Both the position numbers and the translations under genes were made by a program. Positions 37,521-46,514 of a stretch of 64,000 nucleotides of DNA are shown piece by piece. The stretch comes from Burkholderiales bacterium. Its GTDB lineage: Bacteria > Pseudomonadota > Gammaproteobacteria > Burkholderiales > JACQAP01. Within the stretch, counting starts at the first letter, position 1. Each line of letters begins with the position of its first letter. The notes under the pieces are model-generated. The model worked only from the letters and a program-made list of their open reading frames with translations. It did no database searches and had not been told where the DNA came from. The stretch covers positions 8,068 to 72,067 of the forward strand of contig DASUFB010000049.1 in the NCBI GenBank assembly GCA_036274775.1, given 5' to 3'.

Positions 37521-38423
37521 ATGAAGTCGCCCCGTCTCGAAGCCATCCGCAACATCGCCTTCCGACAGCCGCGGCGCTTCCAGCCGCCGGAAAAAGGCGA
37601 GGTGATCGTGAACGGCGAACGCCGCTATTTCATCGGCGAGCCGATCGGCAGGGGCGGCTTCGGCATGGTCTACGAATGCAGCGATGACTGGGGCAACCCG
37701 CTGGTCGCCAAGATCCTGATGCCGCACGACCAGTCCTATCGCGAGGTGCGCCGCGTCTGGCAGGACGAGCTGCGCAAGCTGCTGGTCATGCGCCATCCCA
37801 ACATCACCTTCGTCTACGATGCTTTCGAGCACAACGACACCTTCTACCTCGTCATCGAGCGCTGCAGCTTTCCGCTGTCGCGCCTGATCACCCGCCTCGG
37901 GCTGGATGCCGACCGCTGGATTCCCTACGTGGCGCGCGACGTGCTGCAGGCGCTGGACTACATCCACGCCGCCGGCTACGTGCACAAGGACCTGCACCCG
38001 GGCAACGTGTTCGTCACGGAGCAGCGCCGCAAGCGGCGCATGCTCAAGGAGCAGGTCTGGTCTTTCAAGGTGGGCGACCTGGGGCTCACGCGCCTGGAAT
38101 CGGACATCCGCGTCTTCGAGACCCTGCTGGCCGACTGGATGCGCCCGCCGGAAGCCTTCGAGCCCGAGAAGTTCGGGCCGGTCGGCCGCCACGTGGACAT
38201 CTATCAGACCGGGCTGCTGCTGCTGGCGTTGATGCTCAAGGAGATCCCGTTCTTCACGAAGGAAGAGATACTCGGGGGTATCCCGCAGGCGCTGGCGGCG
38301 AAGCACGACTCCAAGTTCGCGCCGGTCATCGCCAAGGCGCTGCGCCGGCACGTGGAATGGCGTACGCAGACCGCGCTCGAGTTCTGGCGGGAACTGTCGG
38401 CGGCGGCGGGCGAGCCGCAGTGA
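37521..38423 (+). CDS. Stand-alone Hanks-type (eukaryotic-like) protein kinase domain protein, atypical catalytic loop
   Basis: SD GGGAGAGG upstream of ATG 37521. Subdomains present: GRGGFGMV (G-loop), LVAKIL (VAxK), DELRKL (helix-C Glu), HKDLHPGN (catalytic loop), VGDLGLTR (DFG-equivalent), WMRPPE (APE-equivalent), DIYQTGLLL. No other domain and no TM segment. Confidence 0.8.
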   Translation: MKSPRLEAIRNIAFRQPRRFQPPEKGEVIVNGERRYFIGEPIGRGGFGMVYECSDDWGNPLVAKILMPHDQSYREVRRVWQDELRKLLVMRHPNITFVYDAFEHNDTFYLVIERCSFPLSRLITRLGLDADRWIPYVARDVLQALDYIHAAGYVHKDLHPGNVFVTEQRRKRRMLKEQVWSFKVGDLGLTRLESDIRVFETLLADWMRPPEAFEPEKFGPVGRHVDIYQTGLLLLALMLKEIPFFTKEEILGGIPQALAAKHDSKFAPVIAKALRRHVEWRTQTALEFWRELSAAAGEPQ

Positions 38424-38433
38424 CGATCGTCCG

Positions 38434-38946
38434 CTAGCGCGTGCCCCGCGCTCCCGCTCGGGGCGCCTTCATGGCGAGGACGAAGATGGCCGCCACGAAG
38501 ATCGCGGAGAAGCAGACCAGCGACCATTCCGCGATCGACAGCCCGAGGAAGCGCCAGGACACCTTGGTGCAGTCGCCGGTGCCGCGGAAGATCATCGGCA
38601 GGGCCTCGGTCAGCGGGAAGGATTCGAGCACGTAGCCCACGTCCGCACCGCAGTCGAAGATTTTTGGTGGGTTGTGCTCGAGCCACACGTGGCGTATGGC
38701 CACCCCGGCGCCGATCGCTGCCAACAGCGCCACGAGTGCCGCATATATCCGGCGGCCGACTGCGGCGGGATCGTGGATCGCTGCAGCCAGCGCCACCAGG
38801 CCGACCAGGATGAAGGCGTAGCGCTGCAGGATGCACATCGGGCAGGGCTCGAGGCCCAGCGCGTGCTGCAGGTACAACGCATAGGCGATCAGGCCCGCGC
38901 AGGCCAGGAAGGTCGCCGCGAAAACGATGCGGGGCGTGGGCTTCAT
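38434..38946 (-). CDS. dsbB: Disulfide bond formation protein B
   Basis: Four TM segments with the CPMC pair (EPCPMCILQRY) and a second Cys pair in the periplasmic loop (FDCGAD...TGDCTKV). The ATG shares one base with the upstream stop codon. Confidence 0.9.
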   Translation of the reverse strand: MKPTPRIVFAATFLACAGLIAYALYLQHALGLEPCPMCILQRYAFILVGLVALAAAIHDPAAVGRRIYAALVALLAAIGAGVAIRHVWLEHNPPKIFDCGADVGYVLESFPLTEALPMIFRGTGDCTKVSWRFLGLSIAEWSLVCFSAIFVAAIFVLAMKAPRAGARGTR

Positions 38947-40118
38947 CAGATCCTCGCCAGCGCCTGGTCGAGGTCGGCGATCAGGTCCTCGACGTCCTCG
39001 ACGCCCACGGACAGCCGGACGAGGTTGTCGGTGATGCCCAGGCGCGCGCGCAGCTCCGCGGGCAGCGAGCCGTGGCTCATCGTGACCGGGTGGCCGACCA
39101 GGCTCTCGACGCCGCCCAGGCTCTCCGCCAGCGTGAAGACGCTGCAGCCTTCCAGCGCGCGGCGCACGCCGTCCATGCCGGTTTTCAGGTAGACCGAGAT
39201 CATCGCGCCGAACCCGTTCATCTGCCTGGCCGCCAGCAGGTGCTGCGGATGGTTGGGCAGGCCCGGATAGATGACCTTCTCGACTTTCGGGTGCGATTTC
39301 AGCCAGGCCGCCAGATGCATGGCGTTGCCGCAGTGCTGCTTCATGCGCAGCGGCAGCGTTTTCACGCCGCGCAATGCGAGGAAACTCGAGAACGGGTCGA
39401 GGATGGAGCCGATCGCGTTCTGCATGTACTCGAGCTTCTCGGCGATGTCGCCGCGATCCTTCACAACGACCATGCCTCCGACCATGTCCGAATGCCCGTT
39501 GATGTACTTGGTGACCGAGTGCAGCACGAGATCGATGCCCAGCTCGAGCGGGCGCTGCACCCACGGCGAGGCGAACGTATTGTCGACCACCGTCAGGATG
39601 CCGCGCTTGCGGCCGATGTCCGCGACGAGCCGCAGATCGGTGATCTTCAGCAGCGGGTTCGACGGCGTCTCCACCCAGATCATCCTCGTATCGGGCTGGA
39701 TTGCCTTTTCCAGCGAGTCCGCCACGTTCGGGTCGGCGTAGCTCGTCCTGAGCCCCATCGAGCGCGCACGCACGCGCTCGAACAGCCGCCACGACCCGCC
39801 GTACAGGTCATCGGCCGCGACGATGTGGCTGCCTGCGTCCAGCAGCTCCAGCACGGTGCCGCTCGCGGCCAGGCCGGAGGCAAAGGCGAAGCCGCGCGTG
39901 CCGCCCTCGAGGTCCGCCACGCAACGCTCCAAGGCGTGGCGCGTGGGGTTCTGCGTGCGCGCGTACTCGTAGCCGGTGTGCACGCCCGGCGAATGTTGCC
40001 TGAAGGTGGAGGTCGCGAAGATCGGCGTCATGACCGCGCCGGTGGTGGGATCCGGAGTCTGGCCGGCGTGGATGGAACGCGTGGCGAAGCCGTGCTTGCC
40101 GTGTTTGTCGTGGCTCAT
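38946..40118 (-). CDS. PLP-dependent trans-sulfuration enzyme (cystathionine gamma-lyase / gamma-synthase family)
   Basis: Cys/Met-metabolism PLP family: N-terminal FATRSIHAGQ, PLP-lysine region HSVTKYINGHSD, C-terminal LVRLSVGVEDVEDLIADL. Lyase versus synthase cannot be decided from sequence alone. Confidence 0.88.
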   Translation of the reverse strand: MSHDKHGKHGFATRSIHAGQTPDPTTGAVMTPIFATSTFRQHSPGVHTGYEYARTQNPTRHALERCVADLEGGTRGFAFASGLAASGTVLELLDAGSHIVAADDLYGGSWRLFERVRARSMGLRTSYADPNVADSLEKAIQPDTRMIWVETPSNPLLKITDLRLVADIGRKRGILTVVDNTFASPWVQRPLELGIDLVLHSVTKYINGHSDMVGGMVVVKDRGDIAEKLEYMQNAIGSILDPFSSFLALRGVKTLPLRMKQHCGNAMHLAAWLKSHPKVEKVIYPGLPNHPQHLLAARQMNGFGAMISVYLKTGMDGVRRALEGCSVFTLAESLGGVESLVGHPVTMSHGSLPAELRARLGITDNLVRLSVGVEDVEDLIADLDQALARI

Positions 40119-40131
40119 GGGCTGGGCAGAT

Positions 40132-41493
40132 TCAGTGGGCGCGGTTGCGCAGGTGGTTGAGGACGTCCATGCGGGTGATGAGGCCGTAGAACCGGCCCTG
40201 GTCGACGACGATCGCCACGTGCCCCTTGTTGAAGGCTTCCATCAGCCGCGGCAGCGGCGTCTTCAGGTCCACGGTATCGATGCGCTGCGTCATGGCCGAG
40301 CTTACGGGATCGGCGAAACGCGCGGGGTCGTGCCGGGCCGCGGTGAGCAGATCCCATTCGTCGACGATGCCGACCACCTTGCCGTCTTCCAGTACCGGAA
40401 GCTGCGAGATGTCGTAGAGCTTCATGCGCGCATAAGCCGTCATGAGCTTGTCGCCGGGCGCGATAGTCACCGTCGCGCGCTCGTCGTGCCGGCGCGCGAT
40501 CATGTCGCGCAGATCGCCGAACTGCTCGCGATCGAGCAGGCCCTGGTCGATGAGCCAGTAGTCGTTGAAGATCTTCGACAGATACTTGTTGCCGCTGTCG
40601 CACACGAAGGTGACCACGCGCTTGGGTGACGTCTGCTCGCGGCAATAGCGCAGCGCCGCACCGATCAGCGTGCCCGACGACGATCCGGCGAGGATGCCCT
40701 CCCTGCGCAGCAGCTCGCGCACGGTGTTCGCGGACTCGGCGTCGCTGATGGAGTAGGCTTTCTTCACGCGCGAGAAATCCGCGATCGGCGGGATGAAGTC
40801 CTCGCCGATGCCTTCGACGATCCAGCTGCCCGCCGCGCCGTACCTGCCGGTATGCACGTAATCCGCAAGTACCGATCCGACCGGATCGGCCAGCACCATC
40901 TCGGTTCGCGGCGAGACCCTGGCGAAATAGCGCGACAGCCCCGTCATGGTCCCCGACGACCCGACGCCGCACACGACCGCGTCGACGGCATGTCCCGTCT
41001 GTTCCCAGATTTCCGGCCCGGTCGTGGTCTCGTGCGCCAGCGGATTGGCCGGGTTGCCGAACTGGTTCACGAAGTAGGCGCCGGTTTCCCTCGAGATGCG
41101 CTCGGCCATGTCCTGGTAGTACTCGGGGTGGCCTTTCCCCACGTCCGATCTCGTGAGCAGGACTTCGGCGCCCATGGCCTTCAGGTGGAAGATCTTCTCG
41201 CGGCTCATCTTGTCCGGCACCACGAGGATCAGCTTGTAGCCCTTCAGCGCCGCGACCAGCGCGAGCCCCAGGCCGGTATTGCCCGCCGTGGCCTCGATGA
41301 TGGTGCCGCCCGGCTCGAGCCGGCCCTCCCTTTCCGCCGCCTCGATCATGGAGCGGCCGATGCGGTCCTTGATCGAGCCGCCGGGGTTCTGGCTTTCCAG
41401 CTTCAGGAACAACCGGCAGGCGCCGGCGTCCATGCGGGTGACCTCGACCAGCGGCGTGTTGCCGATCAGGTCGAGCAGCTTCTGCGCGGCCAC
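40132..41493 (-). CDS. Cystathionine beta-synthase-like (CysK-fold PLP domain plus C-terminal CBS pair)
   Basis: GTG 41493 lies 8 nt after GAAGGAG. N-terminal LLDLIGNTPLVEV...LESQNPGGSIKDR, then tandem CBS domains at the C-terminus. Confidence 0.85.
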   Translation of the reverse strand: MAAQKLLDLIGNTPLVEVTRMDAGACRLFLKLESQNPGGSIKDRIGRSMIEAAEREGRLEPGGTIIEATAGNTGLGLALVAALKGYKLILVVPDKMSREKIFHLKAMGAEVLLTRSDVGKGHPEYYQDMAERISRETGAYFVNQFGNPANPLAHETTTGPEIWEQTGHAVDAVVCGVGSSGTMTGLSRYFARVSPRTEMVLADPVGSVLADYVHTGRYGAAGSWIVEGIGEDFIPPIADFSRVKKAYSISDAESANTVRELLRREGILAGSSSGTLIGAALRYCREQTSPKRVVTFVCDSGNKYLSKIFNDYWLIDQGLLDREQFGDLRDMIARRHDERATVTIAPGDKLMTAYARMKLYDISQLPVLEDGKVVGIVDEWDLLTAARHDPARFADPVSSAMTQRIDTVDLKTPLPRLMEAFNKGHVAIVVDQGRFYGLITRMDVLNHLRNRAH

Positions 41494-41689
41494 TAGGAGC
41501 GCTCCTTCAAGTGCAGGGATTGCGGCAGGGATCGAGACATTCGTCGAGTGGGATCGTTGCGGTGGCGCCCGGGCGCATGGGCGTCCGGGCATGGCGTCCA
41601 AGTTTAACCTGTCCGGCGGGATGGGCCCGGCGCGTCGCGCACGCATGGATCGGCAGCGCGTGCATGGTGCGTGCCCCGTCGAAAACGCT

Positions 41690-41708
41690 CATAATAATAA
41701 CGATTCCC
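41690..41708 (+). promoter_or_regulatory. Candidate Fur box upstream of feoA
   Basis: CATAATAATAACGATTCCC matches GATAATGATAATCATTATC at 13/19. It contains two clean NATWAT hexamers (CATAAT, AATAAT). It is an isolated AT-rich island 32 bp before the feoA ATG. Confidence 0.55.
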
Positions 41709-41739
41709 ATTAACCTGCGGCAATCCCGTCCGCTCCAGC

Positions 41740-42051
41740 ATGCCCCTGGACATGTCTTCCGATGCCGTCGATGCGGTCGCCGGTACGCTCATCCCGCTCA
41801 GCCGGCTCGACATCGGCCGCAGCGCCGTCATCCGCAAGGTCCTCACCGAAGCGAACGCCGCGGAGGGTGGCGAGATCGGCCTGCGCCTGCTCGAGCTCGG
41901 CTTCGTCGAGGGCGAGAGGCTGCGCGTGATCGCGCACGGATTCCCGGGCAGCGAGCCGATCGCGGTGCGCATCGGCAACACCACGTTCGCGCTGCGCCGC
42001 TTCGAAGCCGATCATGTGCTGGTGGCGCAGGCGTCCGGAGGCGAGCCATGA
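41740..42051 (+). CDS. feoA: Ferrous iron transport protein A
   Basis: SH3-like FeoA domain (LSRLDIGRSAVIRKV...LRLLELGFVEGERLRVI...PIAVRIGNTTFALRRFEA). Overlaps the feoB start. Confidence 0.88.
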   Translation: MPLDMSSDAVDAVAGTLIPLSRLDIGRSAVIRKVLTEANAAEGGEIGLRLLELGFVEGERLRVIAHGFPGSEPIAVRIGNTTFALRRFEADHVLVAQASGGEP

Positions 42052-43916
42052 GCGCCGTGCAATCCCTGCGGGTGGCGCTGCTCGGCAACCCGAATTGCGG
42101 GAAAACGGCGCTGTTCAACCTGCTCACGGGCAGCAGGCAGAAGGTGGCGAACTACGCCGGCGTCACGGTCGAGCGCAAGGAGGGCCTGTTCGAGACGCCG
42201 AACGGCCAGCCTGTGCGCGTGCTGGACCTGCCGGGCGCGTACAGCCTGAATGCGCTGAGCCTGGACGAGGTCATCACGCGCGACGTCGTGCTCGGCAACA
42301 AGCAGGGCGAGGAACGCCCGGACCTGCTGGTCTGCGTGACCGATGCCACCAACCTGCGGCTGAACCTGCGCCTGGTCGTGGAAGCCCGCCGTATCGGCCT
42401 GCCGATGGTGCTGGCGCTGAACATGGCCGACGTCGCCAGGCACCGCGGCGTGCAGATCGACGTGCGCGCGCTCGAGCGCGAGCTCGGCATGCCGGTCGTG
42501 CAGACGGTTGCCATCCACCGCGGCGGCGCGGACGAGCTGATCGGTGCGATCGATGGCCATGCCGCCGGCCGTGCGCGCGAGGCACCGGCATGGAAGGCGC
42601 CCGACACCGCCGACGTCGAGGCGACCCAGCGTGAAGTGCGCCGCATCCTCGCGATCGCCGTGCGCGAGCCCGCCGGCGAGCTGCGCATGGACGACGCGAT
42701 CGACAGCGTCGTGCTGCATCCCTTCTGGGGCTACGCCATCCTGGCGGTCACGCTGTTCCTGATGTTCCAGGCGGTGTTCAGCTGGGCGCAATGGCCGATG
42801 GATGCGATCAGGTCGGGCGTCGAGGGCATCGGCGAGCTGCTCAGGGCGTGGCTGCCCGCGGGCATCCTGCAGAGCCTGCTGGTGGACGGCGTGATCGCCG
42901 GCGCAGGCAGCGTGCTGGTGTTCCTGCCGCAGATCCTGATCCTGTTCCTGTTCATCCTCGCGCTGGAGGATTCCGGCTACCTGCCGCGCGCGGCCTTCCT
43001 TCTCGACCGGCTGATGGGAACGGTCGGCCTGTCCGGGCGCTCGTTCATTCCGCTGCTGTCGAGCTTCGCCTGCGCGATTCCCGGCATCATGGCCACTCGC
43101 AACATCGGCAACTGGCGCGACCGGCTGACCACCATCATGATCGCGCCGCTGACGACGTGCTCGGCGCGGCTCCCGGTGTACGCGCTGATCATCGGCGCCT
43201 TCATCCCGGAGCGCACGGTGCTCGGATTCCTGAACCTGCAGGGCGTGGTGCTGTTCGTGCTCTATCTGGCCGGCATCGCGAGCGCAATGGCGGTGGCATG
43301 GGTCCTCAAGGTCGCTTCAGGACGCAAGCTCCTGCATCCGCTCATGATGGAGCTGCCGTCCTATCGCTGGCCGAACCTGCGCAACCTGGGGCTCGGCCTC
43401 GCCGAGCGTGCGACGATATTCCTGACGCGCGTGGGGACCATCATCCTGTCGCTGATGGTGCTGCTGTGGTTCCTGTCGTCGTTCCCTGCGCCGCCGGCGG
43501 ATGCGACCGGCCCCGCGATCCAGTACAGCCTCGCCGGCATGCTCGGACGCGCGCTGGAAGTCGTGCTCTCGCCGCTGGGATTCAACTGGCAGATCTCGAT
43601 CGCGCTGGTGCCCGGACTGGCGGCGCGCGAGGTGGCCGTGGGCGCGCTGGGGACGGTCTACGCGTTGTCCGCTACCGGCGAAGACGTCGCCGCACAGCTC
43701 ACGCCGATGATCGCGCAGAGCTGGTCGCTGGCCACCGCGTTCTCGCTGCTCGCGTGGTACGTGTTCGCGCCGCAATGCATTTCCACGCTGTCCATCGTCA
43801 GGCGCGAGACCAACTCGGTGCGTTATCCGCTGATCATGGCGAGCTACCTGTTCGCGCTCGCCTACGCGGCGTCGTTCGTCACGTACCGCGTCGCGTTGCG
43901 GTTCACCGGGAGCTGA
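42048..43916 (+). CDS. feoB: Ferrous iron transporter FeoB
   Basis: Start MSAVQSLRVALLGNPNCGKTALFNLLTG (G1 motif), followed by a polytopic membrane domain. The track ORF from 41511 is over-extended. Confidence 0.95.
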   Translation: MSAVQSLRVALLGNPNCGKTALFNLLTGSRQKVANYAGVTVERKEGLFETPNGQPVRVLDLPGAYSLNALSLDEVITRDVVLGNKQGEERPDLLVCVTDATNLRLNLRLVVEARRIGLPMVLALNMADVARHRGVQIDVRALERELGMPVVQTVAIHRGGADELIGAIDGHAAGRAREAPAWKAPDTADVEATQREVRRILAIAVREPAGELRMDDAIDSVVLHPFWGYAILAVTLFLMFQAVFSWAQWPMDAIRSGVEGIGELLRAWLPAGILQSLLVDGVIAGAGSVLVFLPQILILFLFILALEDSGYLPRAAFLLDRLMGTVGLSGRSFIPLLSSFACAIPGIMATRNIGNWRDRLTTIMIAPLTTCSARLPVYALIIGAFIPERTVLGFLNLQGVVLFVLYLAGIASAMAVAWVLKVASGRKLLHPLMMELPSYRWPNLRNLGLGLAERATIFLTRVGTIILSLMVLLWFLSSFPAPPADATGPAIQYSLAGMLGRALEVVLSPLGFNWQISIALVPGLAAREVAVGALGTVYALSATGEDVAAQLTPMIAQSWSLATAFSLLAWYVFAPQCISTLSIVRRETNSVRYPLIMASYLFALAYAASFVTYRVALRFTGS

Positions 43917-43921
43917 AGTCC

Positions 43922-44170
43922 GTGCAGACATTGATCGTAGCGCTGATCGTCGCCGCCGCTTTCGTCTACGCGGCATGGCTGTTCCTGCCGAAGGCGGGGC
44001 GGCGGTGGCTGCTGGACCGGCTGATCGCCGTGTCGCCCGCGCCGCTCGGGGCGCGCCTCGTTCGCATACGCGAGGAGCCAGGGGCGGCAGGATGCAGCAC
44101 CTGCAAGGGTTGCGAGGAAGCGCCGGCAGCATCGCCACCGACCCGGACGATCCGCATCCACCGGCACTAG
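43922..44170 (+). CDS. FeoB-associated Cys-rich small membrane protein (FeoC-position)
   Basis: GTG start 6 nt after the feoB stop. One TM segment (LIVALIVAAAFVYAAWLFL) and a CSTCKGC motif. 82 aa. Confidence 0.55.
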   Translation: MQTLIVALIVAAAFVYAAWLFLPKAGRRWLLDRLIAVSPAPLGARLVRIREEPGAAGCSTCKGCEEAPAASPPTRTIRIHRH

Positions 44171-44823
44171 GGCAGCCGGGGGGCGGGGGAGACCTGGCCG
44201 CGGTCGATGGAGTAGATGACGTCGAGCATCTCGCGGGAGTGCGACAGGTCCGACTCCGTCAGCACGATCGAAAGGCCGGTCTGCTTCAATCCCGCGATCA
44301 CTTCCGCCAGCCGTTTCGCCAGCACCGGCGCAACGCCCTCGAAGGGCTCGTCGAGCAGCAGCAGCTTGGTGCCGCACATCAGCGCGCGGGCGAGCGCGAC
44401 CAGCTTCTGCTGCCCGCCGGAGAGCTGCAGCGCCTTGCGCGGCGCGAAGGACTGGACCTCAGGGATCATGCGGTAGACTTCGGCCAGACGCGCCTGCGGC
44501 TGCGCGACCCCCGCGGACCACGCGGGGATCAGGACGTTCTCCTCGACACTCAGCGAGGGCACGAGCCTGCGGTCCTCGGGCATGTAGCCGATGCCGCTGC
44601 GGGCGCGCCGGTGCACCGGCGTTCTGCCCAGAGGCGACCCGTCGAAGGCGATGCTGCCCTGCCGGACCGGCAGGATGCCCATGACCGAGCGCATCAACGT
44701 GGTCTTGCCGGCGCCGTTGCGGCCGATCAGGCCGACGAACTTGCCCGTGGGCACGTCCATGCTGACCCCGCGCAGGACGCCCACGGAAGCTATCGAGACG
44801 TCCAGGGAATCAATGCGCAGCAA
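44167..44823 (-). CDS. HAAT-family (branched-chain amino acid type) ABC transporter ATP-binding protein, LivF-like
   Basis: Walker A GRNGAGKTT, signature LSGGQQ, Walker B LLLLDEP. TTG start overlaps the upstream gene by 14 nt. Confidence 0.88.
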   Translation of the reverse strand: MLRIDSLDVSIASVGVLRGVSMDVPTGKFVGLIGRNGAGKTTLMRSVMGILPVRQGSIAFDGSPLGRTPVHRRARSGIGYMPEDRRLVPSLSVEENVLIPAWSAGVAQPQARLAEVYRMIPEVQSFAPRKALQLSGGQQKLVALARALMCGTKLLLLDEPFEGVAPVLAKRLAEVIAGLKQTGLSIVLTESDLSHSREMLDVIYSIDRGQVSPAPRLP

Positions 44824-45571
44824 GGGCGTCTCCGGTCACGTACTTGCGGACCTCGGCGTCTCCGAGCACCGCGGCCGGGGCGCCGTCGGCAATGATGCGC
44901 CCCTCGTAGAAGGCGAGCACGCGCTGCGTGTAGCGATTCACGATCTCCATGTCGTGCTCCACGAACAACACGGTGACTTTCTGCGCGCGCACCGCGTCCA
45001 TCACCATGTCCATGAGGCCGAACTTCTCGTCCGCGGAAACGCCCGAGGTCGGCTCGTCGAGCAGCAGGATCCTGGGCTTGACGGCCATCGCCATCGCGAT
45101 GTCGAGCAGCTTGCGCACGCCCTCCGGCAGCACGCCCGCGGGCTTGTTGCGGTATTCGGCGAGCCCGAACCGCTCGAGCATGCCCTCGACCGCCTCGTGC
45201 GGCGTGCCCGCAGGACGGCTCTCCGGGGCCCAGTCCTTGCCGCCGGAAACGACGATGCCGACGCCGACCAGCAGGTTGTCATGGACCGTGAGCGAGTTGA
45301 ACAGCTGCGGAATCTGGAACGAGCGGCAGATGCCCAGGCGCGTGATCTGCCGCGGGCTGAGCGGCGTGATGTCGCGGCCGCCGAAGTCGATGGCGCCCGA
45401 GGTCGGCTTCAGATAGCCGGTCACCATGTTGATGAACGTCGTCTTGCCGGCACCGTTGCTGCCGATCAGGCCCACGATGCTGTCCTGCTCGACGGCGACG
45501 TTGATGTCAGCCGCGGCGGTCACTGCGCCGAAGCTTTTGTTGAGGGCTTTCGCTTCGAGGACGACGGGCAT
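44810..45571 (-). CDS. HAAT-family ABC transporter ATP-binding protein, LivG-like
   Basis: Walker A GSNGAGKTT and Walker B ILLLDEPTSG. LivG-type C-terminal extension. Confidence 0.9.
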   Translation of the reverse strand: MPVVLEAKALNKSFGAVTAAADINVAVEQDSIVGLIGSNGAGKTTFINMVTGYLKPTSGAIDFGGRDITPLSPRQITRLGICRSFQIPQLFNSLTVHDNLLVGVGIVVSGGKDWAPESRPAGTPHEAVEGMLERFGLAEYRNKPAGVLPEGVRKLLDIAMAMAVKPRILLLDEPTSGVSADEKFGLMDMVMDAVRAQKVTVLFVEHDMEIVNRYTQRVLAFYEGRIIADGAPAAVLGDAEVRKYVTGDALAAH

Positions 45572-45572
45572 G

Positions 45573-46514
45573 TCAGGCCGCCTTGCGCCAGCGCGTGAAC
45601 AGAGACCACAGCCCGCCGGGCAGGAACATGATCACGACGAGCATCGTGATGCCGAGCGCCATCTGCCAGGTGTTTGGCGAATACTCGTAGGCGAAGCTGC
45701 GGATGGTCTCGAAGATGAATGCACCGAGGAAGGGTGCCAGGATGTTGCCGGTGCCGGACAGGATGCCCACGAACACGAACTCCCCGGAGGTCGTCCAGTA
45801 GGCCATCTCGGGGTCGATGTGGCCGACGGCGATGGCCGCGAGCGCCCCGCCGATGCCCGCCAGCACCGCGGAAATCACGTAGTTCACGTGGATGACGTTG
45901 CGCACCGAGGCGCCCATGTATTCGACGCGCAGCTCGTTGTCGCGGATCGCCTCGGCCAGCCTGCCCATGTGGGAGCGCAGGTAGCGGTACATGAATGCGC
46001 CGGAGCCCAGCGCGCACAGCACCGTCAGCGCGTAGCGCACGTAGCGTTCCCCCGCCGTGCCCGCGACCTGAATGCCCGCGATCTTCGCGGCGGCGATGTT
46101 GAAGCCGTCGCTCGATCCCAGCGCGGAGGTTTTCACGAGCAGGCCGTACAGGATCATCGAGAATGCGAGCGACAGCATAGCGAAGAAGATGTCCCGGTAC
46201 TTGCGCAGCAGCAGCCCGAGCGCGGCGGACACGGCTGCGGTCGCGATCACGGCGGCGACGAGCATGACCGCCATGTCCGAGACCTTGTAGACCTGGTCCA
46301 GCGTGCCGGCGGCGTAGGCGCCCAGGCAGTAGTACAGGCCGTGGCCGAAGGAGACGACGCCCGTGCGCATCAGCAGCATCATGCCCAGCACGACGATGCC
46401 GTAGCACAGCGATACGTTGACGAGGAACATCGCCCAGCGCGGCAGGAAGGGCCCGGTCGCCAGCAGCAGCGCCGCGACGGCTACCAGGATGACCGGCGTG
46501 CGGTCGCGCCTCAT
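45573..46514 (-). CDS. HAAT-family ABC transporter permease, LivM-like
   Basis: 313 aa polytopic protein. Operon position between the LivH-like and LivG-like genes. Confidence 0.88.
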   Translation of the reverse strand: MRRDRTPVILVAVAALLLATGPFLPRWAMFLVNVSLCYGIVVLGMMLLMRTGVVSFGHGLYYCLGAYAAGTLDQVYKVSDMAVMLVAAVIATAAVSAALGLLLRKYRDIFFAMLSLAFSMILYGLLVKTSALGSSDGFNIAAAKIAGIQVAGTAGERYVRYALTVLCALGSGAFMYRYLRSHMGRLAEAIRDNELRVEYMGASVRNVIHVNYVISAVLAGIGGALAAIAVGHIDPEMAYWTTSGEFVFVGILSGTGNILAPFLGAFIFETIRSFAYEYSPNTWQMALGITMLVVIMFLPGGLWSLFTRWRKAA

